From Haplodiscus bocki (lineage: Eukaryota): a DNA stretch of 64,000 bases. The position numbers and the translations under genes are program-made. The notes below the pieces were generated by a model. The model ran no database searches and had not been told where the DNA came from. It saw only the letters and a list, made by a program, of their open reading frames with translations. This document shows, piece after piece, positions 12,901 through 24,226 of this stretch (position 1 is the first letter of the stretch; each line of letters begins with the position of its first letter). The DNA lies in the NCBI GenBank assembly GCA_965655095.1, contig OZ296650.1, positions 69,130,001 to 69,194,000 on the forward strand, written 5' to 3'.

Positions 12901-15135
12901 AAGGTCATGGAGACGATACCTATTTCCAAAATTTTCAAATGTAAAATTATGCAACCAGTTGCAGATCAAATCACTAAAAGGTACAAGGCTAGCGGGACGC
13001 CCAATCAAGAAGCAGAAACAATTGCAGGGTTTTAGTAGAAATGCGGACTACAATATGTAGATGTCCAGTGAATCTCCGCACTGATAGGGCAACATAGTTT
13101 GAGAAAGAACTTTTTTGAGAACTATGTCGAACTCTAAACAAAGACAGGACTTCAACAACGTCCTTCCGTATCCAACGCAATACAATGATCGAGAGGAGAA
13201 AAAACTGTTAGATAAAAACATCTCTAAGAATATCGAACATCATCAACCAGAACGAAAAAATTATTTCCCAAGGGAAACACTGGCGTACCGTTCGTTGATT
13301 GACAAAATTACAAGGTACAATTCTTCCTATAAAATGTTACGTAGCCTCTGAGACTAAACACTGACTGTATGTACGAGACGCGCAGCTGAAATTTATTTCC
13401 AACACCAAGCGATTTGAAACTTGTCACCAGAATACAACTTCAAAAACGCAACTTTTGATCTGAACAGAGATGAAACTCGAACGTTTTTGACAAGAAACTC
13501 ACTAAAAACTACTGTGTTTATGGTATCACTTACGTTGAAGCAGAGACATCTTATTGTTTCCAACATTTATGAAAGTGGAAACTGAAAAATCCATTTTTTT
13601 TGGTTTACAAACAGCCCTACTCGACTGCCGATATATCTGGTGAACCCAACTTTCGTGTTTGGCATGAGAAAATTGATAGAAACCTTGAAAAATTTACATT
13701 AGGCTGAGAAAATAAGAAACGAGAGACCATTTCTTTTCATCGGTCAAGAAAAGTGCAAATCCATTAAAAATAGAGAATCCAAAGATCCTGGTCGAAGACG
13801 AGGACGCCGCCCTTGTTGGATTTGTTGATGAACAAACAGTATGACCGTATCCTACAGAGCTCGACGTCATAGCAGAAAAGGAGGTGCCAGAGAATTCAGT
13901 CAAAAAAAACAATCAAAGGAATAAAAAGTAAAAAAAACGTGTTCTAGTTGGAATTGGAAAAAGCAGAGTGTCAAGTCTTGTTGAAGCGAGCGGTGGAGTT
14001 TTTCAGAGGTCTTCTACCTTTGCGGAAAAATTTAGAGCCAACAGAGTTGCACAAAAGCCAATCCTCCTTCCCAGGACAAAGTTTACTAGGATACGTTCAA
14101 TTCCAAGAAGAGGCACCGAACTTTTTTCCTAAACGAAGTTGGTGGTTCCTTCTAAAACAATGTTTTTATTTTTTGACAGAGCTATTGAAGAGTAACAATG
14201 AAATAAGAATGGAAGATTAATAGTCAACGTCACCAGTTGCTCACAGCCTTATGATTTTATTTTTGGCTCTGGGGTTCGCAAGGGGCAAAGAAAGCCAATC
14301 AGTGGGAAATTTCATCAACCAAACACTTATCACTTCAGTGTTCTCTCTGAGTGACCACCAACAATGCTCTCAGGATGCAAGAGGTGGCACCAACGTAACC
14401 AATGCATCAGGTTTGCTTCATGAAGCTGAAGGGAAAAGAGAGTTGAGAGTGTGTTATAGCAGGCGTCAAACACTACCGCTAAAATCGAAATTCAATTGTT
14501 TGTTATGATGGACTTTTATTACACGAAGAATCAAAAACACTTCAGACGTTTTTTTTGTCCCAAATGGAAACGAAAAGTTTTCAGTCAACTAAAATCCTGC
14601 AGAGAAGAGTGTCGATTCAGAAAAGGAAGGTGAACAGGCCAACACGGAACCATTCGACACTTTCGATAAGACAGCATTTTTCGTGAAATAAAAAGGGCGG
14701 AGTATACGTTTTGCACGCCCTAAAGAATAGTTCAGTACTCCGAGAGATGCAATTGATGGCTCTGTTTCAGTCAATGGAAGGATGTTGACAAGTAAGGTTT
14801 TCGCAAGAAAAAATCGCTTGTTATAGAAGTTCCATTTAACTGGTATAACCCTTTTGGAAATCAATGCACCAGACCAGATATAGCAAATGACTTTCGACAC
14901 CAACTTGTTTTCCACCTGACTCAAATATCAACAGTGTGTCTGGTCGGAATTAGAACCATCACATCAGAAAAAGAATTAACCAAATTCCAATGTTCAAAAC
15001 TTAGCCTACCAACAGGCTCTGTTAGTCCAAAGCAAGAGAAATGTTTTGTGAACGAAAAACAACAAATTCTATTTTTCTGCTAATTTTTCGCCTTTCAGAC
15101 CTTAGCTCACAAAATGGAGGTCACTTCTGAGCTAG

Positions 15136-15423
15136 TAACAGCGGAAGAAAAGCCGGTATAACAGCGGAAGTGAACAAAAGAACGCTTCTTTTTCTTCTAG
15201 TAAAGCAGCGACGTTCTTTTTGCGGTTGCTTGGCGTTAACGGCGCTATTTTTCCGTTTAAACGCCGGTAACGCCACTATTTTTCCGGTCACACGCCGTTG
15301 ACGATGCTATTTTTTCTTTTAATAACGGCTTCTGTGGCTATTTTTGGCCACCGTCAACGCCCTTCTACCGGAAAATTTTCGGCCACAATTTCGACCCCGG
15401 CAATGGGGTAGCAATGTAGCTAG
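15136..15423 (+). mobile_element. Non-autonomous Helitron-like 3' segment with internal minisatellite (288 bp)
   Basis: It ends in the hairpin ACCCC-GGCAAT-GGGGT (15394-15409), 10 nt, then CTAG|T, the canonical Helitron 3' terminus. No 5' TC is seen. Confidence 0.6.
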
Positions 15424-15780
15424 TTTGCGCATACCGTGCAGAAATTCATTGGTCGAATGGGATTCGTCTTCTTGGGGCAAGAATAGCATACAGAAAGCAT
15501 AATTTCTCATGACGTGACTTGACATCGATAGGCTACTCCCACAAAACTTTTCAAAACCCTCAACTTTGGTACCATAGAGGATGGCTGAACAGTGAAAGTA
15601 TAGAGCTGAGGTATGATTCCAAAATGCACAAGCCGATTTTTGTTTGAAGCACGATAATAACCCTAGTTGCATCAGCGGTGAGTTTTTCTCTTTGAAAGTC
15701 AGTTCTAGTAACATACCAGAAAAATTTTTTTATAAATTTCTGGATTTTAAAGAACATCAAAATTCAAACATTGGCAGATT
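15424..15780 (-). mobile_element. Possible non-LTR (LINE) RT C-terminal fragment; present in each complete array unit
   Basis: Stitching minus-strand frames gives TKIGLCILESYLSSIL/FHCSAILYG..KVEGFEKFC. This resembles the LINE post-RT motif 'LYKS....IL.Y.S..W.....KLE..Q' (CR1/L2-like). Heavily degraded. Confidence 0.4.
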
Positions 15781-15789
15781 AATTAGGAA

Positions 15790-18020
15790 TGAAGGCATAT
15801 TCGAGTTGGGGCAAAGTTTTTGATTTGTCAGTTATGTGACAGTGCCAAAAGACGTAAGGCGGGAAAGATGTTTCAAGGATGATCAGATGATTCCTTGAAA
15901 GATACATTGAGCTCGCCGAGAATTAATGCAGTAACATTGGGGGGTGCAATGCATGTTTCAAACCACTTGGCATTTTTTCTGCCCGATCGAAAAGAAAATC
16001 AAATAGAGCAAAAATCGTTTGAGACTGAGTCAGCAAGTGCCCCCATTTAAGGCTCAGGTAAAGTAGATCAAGAAAAAAATGCAGTAGAGCAAATGAAATC
16101 CCCATTTAACTTGAAGGAAAAAACGAGCAGCTTTAGGTTTAATTGGATTCTTCAGATTTCGATAAAACTTCAGAGCCACTATACCAACTATTGAAGAAAA
16201 GAAATTTCAATCGACTGAACAAGGCGATGAGTCACAGCAGAATTAAAAGAGATGTTGTTATCAACGCTCAGCTGGGGATATCCTAAAAAATGAGATTATT
16301 TTTACTACGGACGCGTTATTAACCGGATAGGGTGCAATTTTGACAAAGAAGCAAGACGGGTGTGGATCGAGTTCCTGCATGCGCTAGCAAAACACTGACC
16401 AAAAAGAGAAGGAACTATTCAGCAACGAAACGGGATTTTTTCGCTGTTCTGCATTTCAAGAATCATTCCTAGACATACATACTTGGTAGAAAGTTTGTGC
16501 CAGAGACTTATCACCGAGCTCTGGTGTAGCAATATAGTGTGAAAGACTCGGAATTATCATAGCAAGATGGTTGAGGAAGCCAGACCATTTTGATATCGAA
16601 CGTGAGCACAACGCAGGAAGAGACATTCCTCAAGCCGATTGTATGTCAAGAGTGCACACCGAAGAACGCTGTCTGACAAACTTTGTTGCCGCGTCAACGA
16701 AAAATTTTCACAACACAGACGAGGCCTCCACTAATCCGCGTGGTTCGCTCCGAAACACAGACAGAAGAAGCATTCAAAAGAAACCAAAACAAATACAAAA
16801 AACCTATGCAAGTCTTTATTTAGTTAGAAATCAAACACCGACCAACTCGGTAAAACATGACAGACCTTCGGAAGAACTGTGGAGTTTTTGGGTCGACTCT
16901 GAAAACCATGATCTAGGAGATGGATTCTATACAGAAGGAAATTTTTGGAAACATCCGGACATTCATACTAACAAGTTACCATTAAGGAGAATCAACTTAC
17001 GCATATATAAACAATGCTTCACAAGTCTCATTTTACAGTCCTTTTGGGTAACAGGAAAACTTTAGGAGAGCTCAGAAATTTTTGTTGTGTCATCGAGAAC
17101 TAGAACTGATGTGGTCAAATGGGTTTGAAAAAAAAATGAATGTCTGAGACAGATACGACGCCCCAAAAACACTGTTATAGCCTCAGTACTCGGCAGCCTT
17201 GTCATCCATTCCGACAGGTGTCTCTGAAGGTCATGGAGACGATACCTATTTCCAAAATTTTCAAATGTAAAATTATGCAACCAGTTGCAGATCAAATCAC
17301 TAAAAGGTACAAGGCTAGCGGGACGCCCAATCAAGAAGCAGAAACAATTGCAGGGTTTTAGTAGAAATGCGGACTACAATATGTAGATGTCCAGTGAATC
17401 TCCGCACTGATAGGGCAACATAGTTTGAGAAAGAACTTTTTTGAGAACTATGTCGAACTCTAAACAAAGACAGGACTTCAACAACGTCCTTCCGTATCCA
17501 ACGCAATACAATGATCGAGAGGAGAAAAAACTGTTAGATAAAAACATCTCTAAGAATATCGAACATCATCAACCAGAACGAAAAAATTATTTCCCAAGGG
17601 AAACACTGGCGTACCGTTCGTTGATTGACAAAATTACAAGGTACAATTCTTCCTATAAAATGTTACGTAGCCTCTGAGACTAAACACTGACTGTATGTAC
17701 GAGACGCGCAGCTGAAATTTATTTCCAACACCAAGCGATTTGAAACTTGTCACCAGAATACAACTTCAAAAACGCAACTTTTGATCTGAACAGAGATGAA
17801 ACTCGAACGTTTTTGACGACAAACTCACTAAAAATTACTGTGTTTATGGTATGATTTACGTTGAAGCAGAGACTTCTTATTGTTTAAAATATTTATGAAA
17901 GTGGAAACGGAAAAATCCTTTTTTTTGGTTTACAAACAGCCCTACTCGACTGCCGATATATCTGGTGAACCCAACTTTCGTATTTGGCATGAGAAAAATA
18001 ATAGAAACCTTGAAAAAATT
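15790..18020 (+). mobile_element. Degenerate Ty3/Gypsy pol (RT C-terminus, RNase H, integrase); representative of the copy in every array unit
   Basis: Fragments read VDQEK..VEQMKSP, AALGLIGFFR, TSEPLYQLLKK, TTDALLTG.GAILTKKQDG, ACASKTLTKK.RNYSATKR.FFAVLHF, YILGRKF, FDIEREHNAGRDIPQADCMSR and PFRQVSL, then NLRTDR..FEKELF and TLAYRS. The order RT-RH-INT is the Gypsy arrangement. Many stops and frameshifts are shared by all units. Confidence 0.88.
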
Positions 18021-18522
18021 ACATTAGGCTGAGTAAATACAAAACGAGAGACCATCTCTTTTCATCGGTCAAGAACAGTGAAAATCCATTAGAAAAAGAG
18101 AATCCAAATATCCTGGTCAAGGACGAGGACGCCGCCCTCGTTGGATTTGTTGATGAACCAACAGTATGACCGGATCCTACAGAGCTCGACGTCATAGCAG
18201 AAAAGGAGGTGCCAGAGAATTCAGTCAAAAAAAACAACCAAAGAAATAAAAAGTAAAAAAAACGTGTTCTAGTTGGAATTGGAAAACGCAGAGGGTCAAG
18301 TCCTGTTGAAGAGAGCGGTGAAGATTTTGAGAGTTCTTCTAGCTTTGCGGAAAAACTTAGAGCCGACAGATTTGTACAAAAGCCAATCCTAGTTCCCAGG
18401 GCAAAGTTTACTCGGATACGTTCAATTCCATGAAGAGGCACCGAACTTTTTTCCTGAACCAAGTTGATGGTTCCTTCTAAAACAATGATTTTATTCTTTC
18501 AGAGAGCTATTGAAGAGTTACA

Positions 18523-19460
18523 ATGAAACAAGAATGGAAGATTAATAGTCAACGTCATCAGTTGCTCACAGTCTTAGGATTTTATTTTTGGCTCTGGGGT
18601 TAGCAATGGGCAAAGAAAGTCAATCAGTGGGAAATTTCATCAACCAAACACTTATCACTCCATTGTTCTCTCTGAGTGACCACCAACAATGCTCTCAGCA
18701 TGCGAGAGGCGGGATCAACGTAACCGATGCATCAGCTTTGCTTCATGAAGCTGAAAGGAAAAGAGAGTTGAGAGTGTGTAATAAGCAGGCGTCAAACACG
18801 ACCGCTATAATCGAAATTCAATCGTTTATTATGATGGACTTTCATTACACGAAGAATCAAAAAACTTCTCACGTTTTTTTTCGTCCAAATGGAAACGAAA
18901 ATTTTTTAGTCAACTAAAATCCTGCAAAGATGAGTCTCGATTCAGAAAGTGAAGGTGAACAGGCCAACACGGAACCACTCGACACTTTTGATAAGACAGC
19001 ATTTTTCGTGAAATAAAAAGGGCGGAGTATACGTTTTGCACGCCCTAAAGAATGGTTCAGTACTCCGAGAGATGCAATTGATGGCTCTGTTTCAGTCAAT
19101 GGAAGGATGTTGACAAGTAAGTTTTTCGCAAGAAAAAATCGCTTGTTATAGAAGTTCCATTTAACTGGTATAACCCTTTTGGAAATCAATGCACCAGACC
19201 GGATATAGCAAATGACTTTCGACAACAACTTGTTTTCCACCTGGCTCAAATATCAACAGTGTGTCTGGTCGGAATTAGAACCATCACATCAGAAAAATAA
19301 TTAACCAAAGTCCAATGTTCAAAATTTGCCTACCAACAGGCTCTGTTAGTCCAAAGCAAGAGAAATGTTTTGTCAACGAGAAACAACAAATTCTTTTTTT
19401 TCTGCTAATTTTTCGCCTTTCAGACCTTAGCTCAAAAAATGGAGGTCACTTCTGAGCTAG
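18523..19460 (+). pseudogene. env-like ORF3 remnant of the Gypsy element (representative unit; truncated at the array junction)
   Basis: It lies downstream of integrase and is preceded by an acceptor-like TTTTATTCTTTCAG (18489-18502). The N-terminus MKQEWKINSQRHQLLTVLG..FLALGLAMG|KESQ looks like a signal peptide. Sequons NQT, NVT and NTT and scattered Cys are present. The ORF is frameshifted. Confidence 0.5.
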
Positions 19461-19808
19461 TGACAGCGGAAAAAACGCCGGTATAACAGCGGAAATGAAC
19501 AAAAGAACGCTTCTTTTTCTTCTAGTAAAGCAGCGACGTTCTTTTTGCGGTTGCTTGGCGTTAACGGCGCTATTTTTCCAGTAAACGCTGTTAACGCCGC
19601 TATTTTTCCGGTGATATGCCGTTAACGCCGCTATTTTCCGGTTGGATGCCATTAACGCCGCTGTTTTTCCGTTTAAACGCCGGTAACGCCACTATTTTTC
19701 CTTTTAATAACGGCTTCTGTGGCTATTTTTGGCCACCGTCAACGCCCTTCTACCGGAAAATTTTCGGCCACAATTTCGATCCCGGCAACGGGGTTGCAAT
19801 GTAGCTAG
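19461..19808 (+). mobile_element. Helitron-like 3' segment (348 bp)
   Basis: Same segment with hairpin variant ATCCCGGCAACGGGGT followed by CTAG|T; two more minisatellite units than the 288-bp form. Confidence 0.58.
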
Positions 19809-22800
19809 TTTGCGCATACCGTGCAGAAATTCATTGGTCGAATGGGATTCGTCTTCTTGGGGCAAGAATAGCATACAGAAAGCATAATTTCTCATGACGT
19901 GACTTGACATCGATAGGCTACTCCCACAAAACTTTTCAAAACCCTCAACTTTGGTACCATAGAGGATGGCTGAACAGTGAAAGTATAGAGCTGAGGTATG
20001 ATTCCAAAATGCACAAGCCGATTTTTGTTTGAAGCACGATAATAACCCTAGTTGCATCAGCGGTGAGTTTTTCTCTTTGAAAGTCAGTTCTAGTAACATA
20101 CCAGAAAATTTTTTTTATAAATTTCTGGATTTTAAAGAACATCAAAATTCAAACATTGGCAGATTAATTAGGAATGAAGGCATATTCGAGTTGGGGCAAA
20201 GTTTTTGATTTGTCAGTTATGTGACAGTGCCAAAAGACGTAAGGCGGGAAAGATGTTTCAAGGATGATCAGATGATTCCTTGAAAGATACATTGAGCTCG
20301 CCGAGAATTAATGCAGTAACATTGGGGGGTGCAATGCATGTTTCAAACCACTTGGCATTTTTTCTGCCCGATCGAAAAGAAAATCAAATAGAGCAAAAAT
20401 CGTTTGAGACTGAGTCAGCAAGTGCCCCCATTTAAGGCTCAGGTAAAGTAGATCAAGAAAAAAATGCAGTAGAGCAAATGAAATCCCCATTTAACTTGAA
20501 GGAAAAAACGAGCAGCTTTAGGTTTAATTGGATTCTTCAGATTTCGATAAAACTTCAGAGCCACTATACCAACTATTGAAGAAAAGAAATTTCAATCGAC
20601 TGAACAAGGCGATGAGTCACAGCAGAATTAAAAGAGATGTTGTTATCAACGCTCAGCTGGGGATATCCTAAAAAATGAGATTATTTTTACTACGGACGCG
20701 TTATTAACCGGATAGGGTGCAATTTTGACAAAGAAGCAAGACGGGTGTGGATCGAGTTCCTGCATGCGCTAGCAAAACACTGACCAAAAAGAGAAGGAAC
20801 TATTCAGCAACGAAACGGGATTTTTTCGCTGTTCTGCATTTCAAGAATCATTCCTAGACATACATACTTGGTAGAAAGTTTGTGCCAGAGACTTATCACC
20901 GAGCTCTGGTGTAGCAATATAGTGTGAAAGACTCGGAATTATCATAGCAAGATGGTTGAGGAAGCCAGACCATTTTGATATCGAACGTGAGCACAACGCA
21001 GGAAGAGACATTCCTCAAGCCGATTGTATGTCAAGAGTGCACACCGAAGAACGCTGTCTGACAAACTTTGTTGCCGCGTCAACGAAAACCTTTCACAACA
21101 CAGACGAGGCCTCCACTAATCCGCGTAGTTCGCTCCAAAACACAGACAGAAGAAGCATTCAAAAGAAACCAAAACAAATACAAAAAACCTATGCAAGTCG
21201 TTTTTTGGTTAGAAATCAAACACCGACCAACTCGGTAAAACATGACAGACCTTCGGAAGAACTGTGGAGTTTTTGGGTCGACTCTGAAAACCATGATCTA
21301 GGAGATGGATTCTATACAGAAGGAAATTTTTGGAAACATCCGGACATTCATACTAACAAGTTACCATTAAGGAGAATCAACTTACGCATATATAAACAAT
21401 GCTTCACAAGTCTCATTTTACAGTCCTTTTTGGTAACAGCAAAACTTTAGGAGAGCTCAGAAATTTTTGTTGTGTCATCGAGAACTAGAACTGATGTGGT
21501 CAAATGGGTTTGAAAAAAAATGAATGTCTGAGACAGATACGACGCCCCAAAAACACGGTTATAGCCTCAGTACTCGGCAGCCTTGTCATCCATTCCGACA
21601 GGTGTCTCTGAAGGTCATGGAGACGATACCTATTTCCAAAATTTTCAAATGTAAAATTATGCAACCAGTTGCAGATCAAATCACTAAAAGGTACAAGGCT
21701 AGCGGGACGCCCAATCAAGAAGCAGAAACAATTGCAGGGTTTTAGTAGAAATGCGGACTACAATATGTAGATGTCCAGTGAATCTCCGCACTGATAGGGC
21801 AACATAGTTTGAGAAAGAACTTTTTTGAGAACTATGTCGAACTCTAAACAAAGACACGACTTCAACAACGTCCTTCCGTATCCAACGCAATACAATGATC
21901 GAGAGGAGAAAAAACTGTTAGATAAAAACATCTCTAAGAATATCGAACATCATCAACCAGAGCGAAAAAATTAATTCCCAAGGGAAACGCTGGCGTACCG
22001 TTCGTTGATTGACAAAATTACAAGGTACAATTCTTCTTATAAAATGTTACGTAGCCTCTGAGACTAAACACTGACTGTATGTACGAGACGCGCAGCTGAA
22101 ATTCATTTCCAACACCAAGCGATTTGAAACTTGTCACCAGAATACAACTTCAAAAACGCAACTTTTGATCTGAACAGAGATGAAACTCGAACGTTTTTGA
22201 CGAGACACTCACTAAAAACTACTGTGTTTATGGTATGACTTACGTTGAAGCAGAGACATCTTATTGTTTCCAACATTTATGAAAGTGGAAACGGAAAAAT
22301 CCATTTTTTTGGTTTACAAACAGCCCTACTCGACTGCCGATATATCTGGTGAACCCAACTTTCGTATTTGGCATGCGAAAAATGATAGAAACCTTGAAAA
22401 ATTTACATTAAACTGAGAAAATACAAAACGAGAGACCATTTCTTTTCATCGGTTAAGAACAGTGCAAATCCATTAGAAGAAGAGAATCCAAATATCCTGG
22501 TCAAGGACGAGGACGCCGCCCTCGTTGGACTTGTTGATGAACCAGCAGTATTACCGGATCCTACAGAGCTCGACGTCATAGCAGAAAAGGAGGTGCCAGA
22601 GAATTCAGTCAAAAAAAAACAATCAAAGGAATAAAAAAGTAAAAAACACGTGTCCTAGTTCGAATTGGAAAAAGCAGAGGGTCAATTCTTGTTGAAGAGA
22701 GCGGTGAAGATTTTGAGAGTTCTTCTAGCTTTGCGGAAAAACTTAGAGCCGACAGATTTGTACAAAAGCCAATCCTCCTTCCCAGGGCAAAGTTTTTTCG

Positions 22801-23847
22801 GATACGTTCAATTCCATGAAGAGGCACCGAACTTTTTTCCTGAACCAAGTTGATGGTTCCTTCTAAAACAATGATTTTATTCTTTCAGAGAGCTATTGAA
22901 GAGTTACAATGAAACAAGAATGGAAGATTAATAGTCAACGTCATCAGTTGCTCACAGTCTTAGGATTTTATTTTTGGCTCTGGGGTTAGCAATGGGCAAA
23001 GAAAGTCAATCAGTGGGAAATTTCATCAACCAAACACTTATCACTCCATTGTTTTCTCTGAGTGACCACCAACAATGCTCTCAGCATGCGAGAGGCGGGA
23101 TCAACGTAACCGATGCATCAGCTTTGCTTCATGAAGCTGAAAGGAAAAGAGAGTTGAGAGTGTGTTACAAGCAGGCGTCAAACACGACCGCTAAAATCAA
23201 AATTCAATTGTTTGTTATGATGGACTTTTATTACACGAAAAATCAAAAACACATCTCACGTTTTTTTTCGTCCAAATGGAAACGAAAATTTTTTAGTCAA
23301 CTAAAATCCTGCAAAGATGAGTCTCGATTCAGAAAGTGAAGGTGAACAGGCCAACACGGAACCATTCGACACTTTTGATAAGACAGCATTTTTCGTGAAA
23401 TAAAAAGGGCGGAGTATACGTTTTGCACGCCCTAAAGAATGGTTCAGTACTCCGAGAGATGCAATTGATGGCTCTGTTTCAGTCAATGGAAGGATGTTGA
23501 CAACTAAGTTTTTCGCAAGAAAAAATCGCTTGTTATAGAAGTTCCATTTAACTGGTATAACCCTTTTGGAAATCAATGCACCAGACCGGATATAGCAAAT
23601 GACTTTCGACAACAACTTGTTTTCCACCTGGCTCAAATATCAACAGTGTGTCTGGTCGGAATTAGAACCATCACATCAGAAAAAGAATTAACCAAAGTCC
23701 AATGTTCAAAACTTAGCCTACCAACAGGCTCTGTTAGTCCAAAGCAAGAGAAATGTTTTGTCAACGAAAAACAACAAATTCTATTTTTTCTGCTAAAGTT
23801 TGCCTTTCAGACCTTAGCTCAAAAAATGGAGGTCACCTCTGAGCTAG

Positions 23848-24226
23848 TAACAGCGGAAAAAACGCCGGTATAACAGCGGAAATGAACAAAAGAACGCTTC
23901 TTTTTCTTCTAGTAAAGCAGCGACGTTCTTTTTGCCGCTGCTTGGCGTTAACGGCGCTATTTTTCCAGTAAACGCTGTTAACGCCGCTATTTTTCCGGTG
24001 ATATGCCGTTAACGCCGCTATTTTCCGGTTGGATGCCATTAACGCCGCTGTTTTTCCGTTTAAACGCCGGTAACGCCACTATTTTTCCGGTTACACGCCG
24101 TTAACGATGCTATTTTTCCTTTTAATAACGGCTTCTGTGGCTATTTTTGGCCACCGTCAACGCCCTTCTACCGGAAAATTTTCGGCCACAATTTCGATCC
24201 CGGCAATGGGGTTGCAATGTAGCTAG
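23848..24226 (+). mobile_element. Helitron-like 3' segment (379 bp)
   Basis: Same segment ending in hairpin plus CTAG|T. Confidence 0.58.
23948..24120. repeat. 30-31-bp minisatellite (consensus ~TTAACGCCGCTATTTTTCCGGTnnnnGCCG); representative copy, ~3-6 units per array unit
   Basis: Contiguous units are directly readable: ttaacggcgctatttttccagtaaacgctg / ttaacgccgctatttttccggtgatatgccg / ttaacgccgctattttccggttggatgcca / ttaacgccgctgtttttccgtttaaacgccg / gtaacgccactatttttccggttacacgccg / ttaacgatgctatttttcc. Confidence 0.92.

Noticed and set aside
12132-15135. The A-B-A-B...A layout read as tandem LTR elements sharing 3-kb LTRs
   Set aside because: The 3-kb A segment is RNase H-integrase-env coding sequence contiguous with RT in B. 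It lacks TG...CA ends, so it is a truncated first unit and not an LTR.
15130-15424. AGCTAGT on both sides of the Helitron-like segment as a 7-bp target-site duplication
   Set aside because: The apparent empty site at 45745-45751 continues with GGGTGCACC, not the TTGCGCATACC that follows the segment. The two flanks were therefore never contiguous.
23948-24120. CRISPR-like appearance of the 30-31-bp repeats with short variable cores
   Set aside because: The repeats are contiguous with only ~5-8 variable nt. There are no spacer-length unique sequences or cas genes, and the context is eukaryotic. It is a minisatellite.
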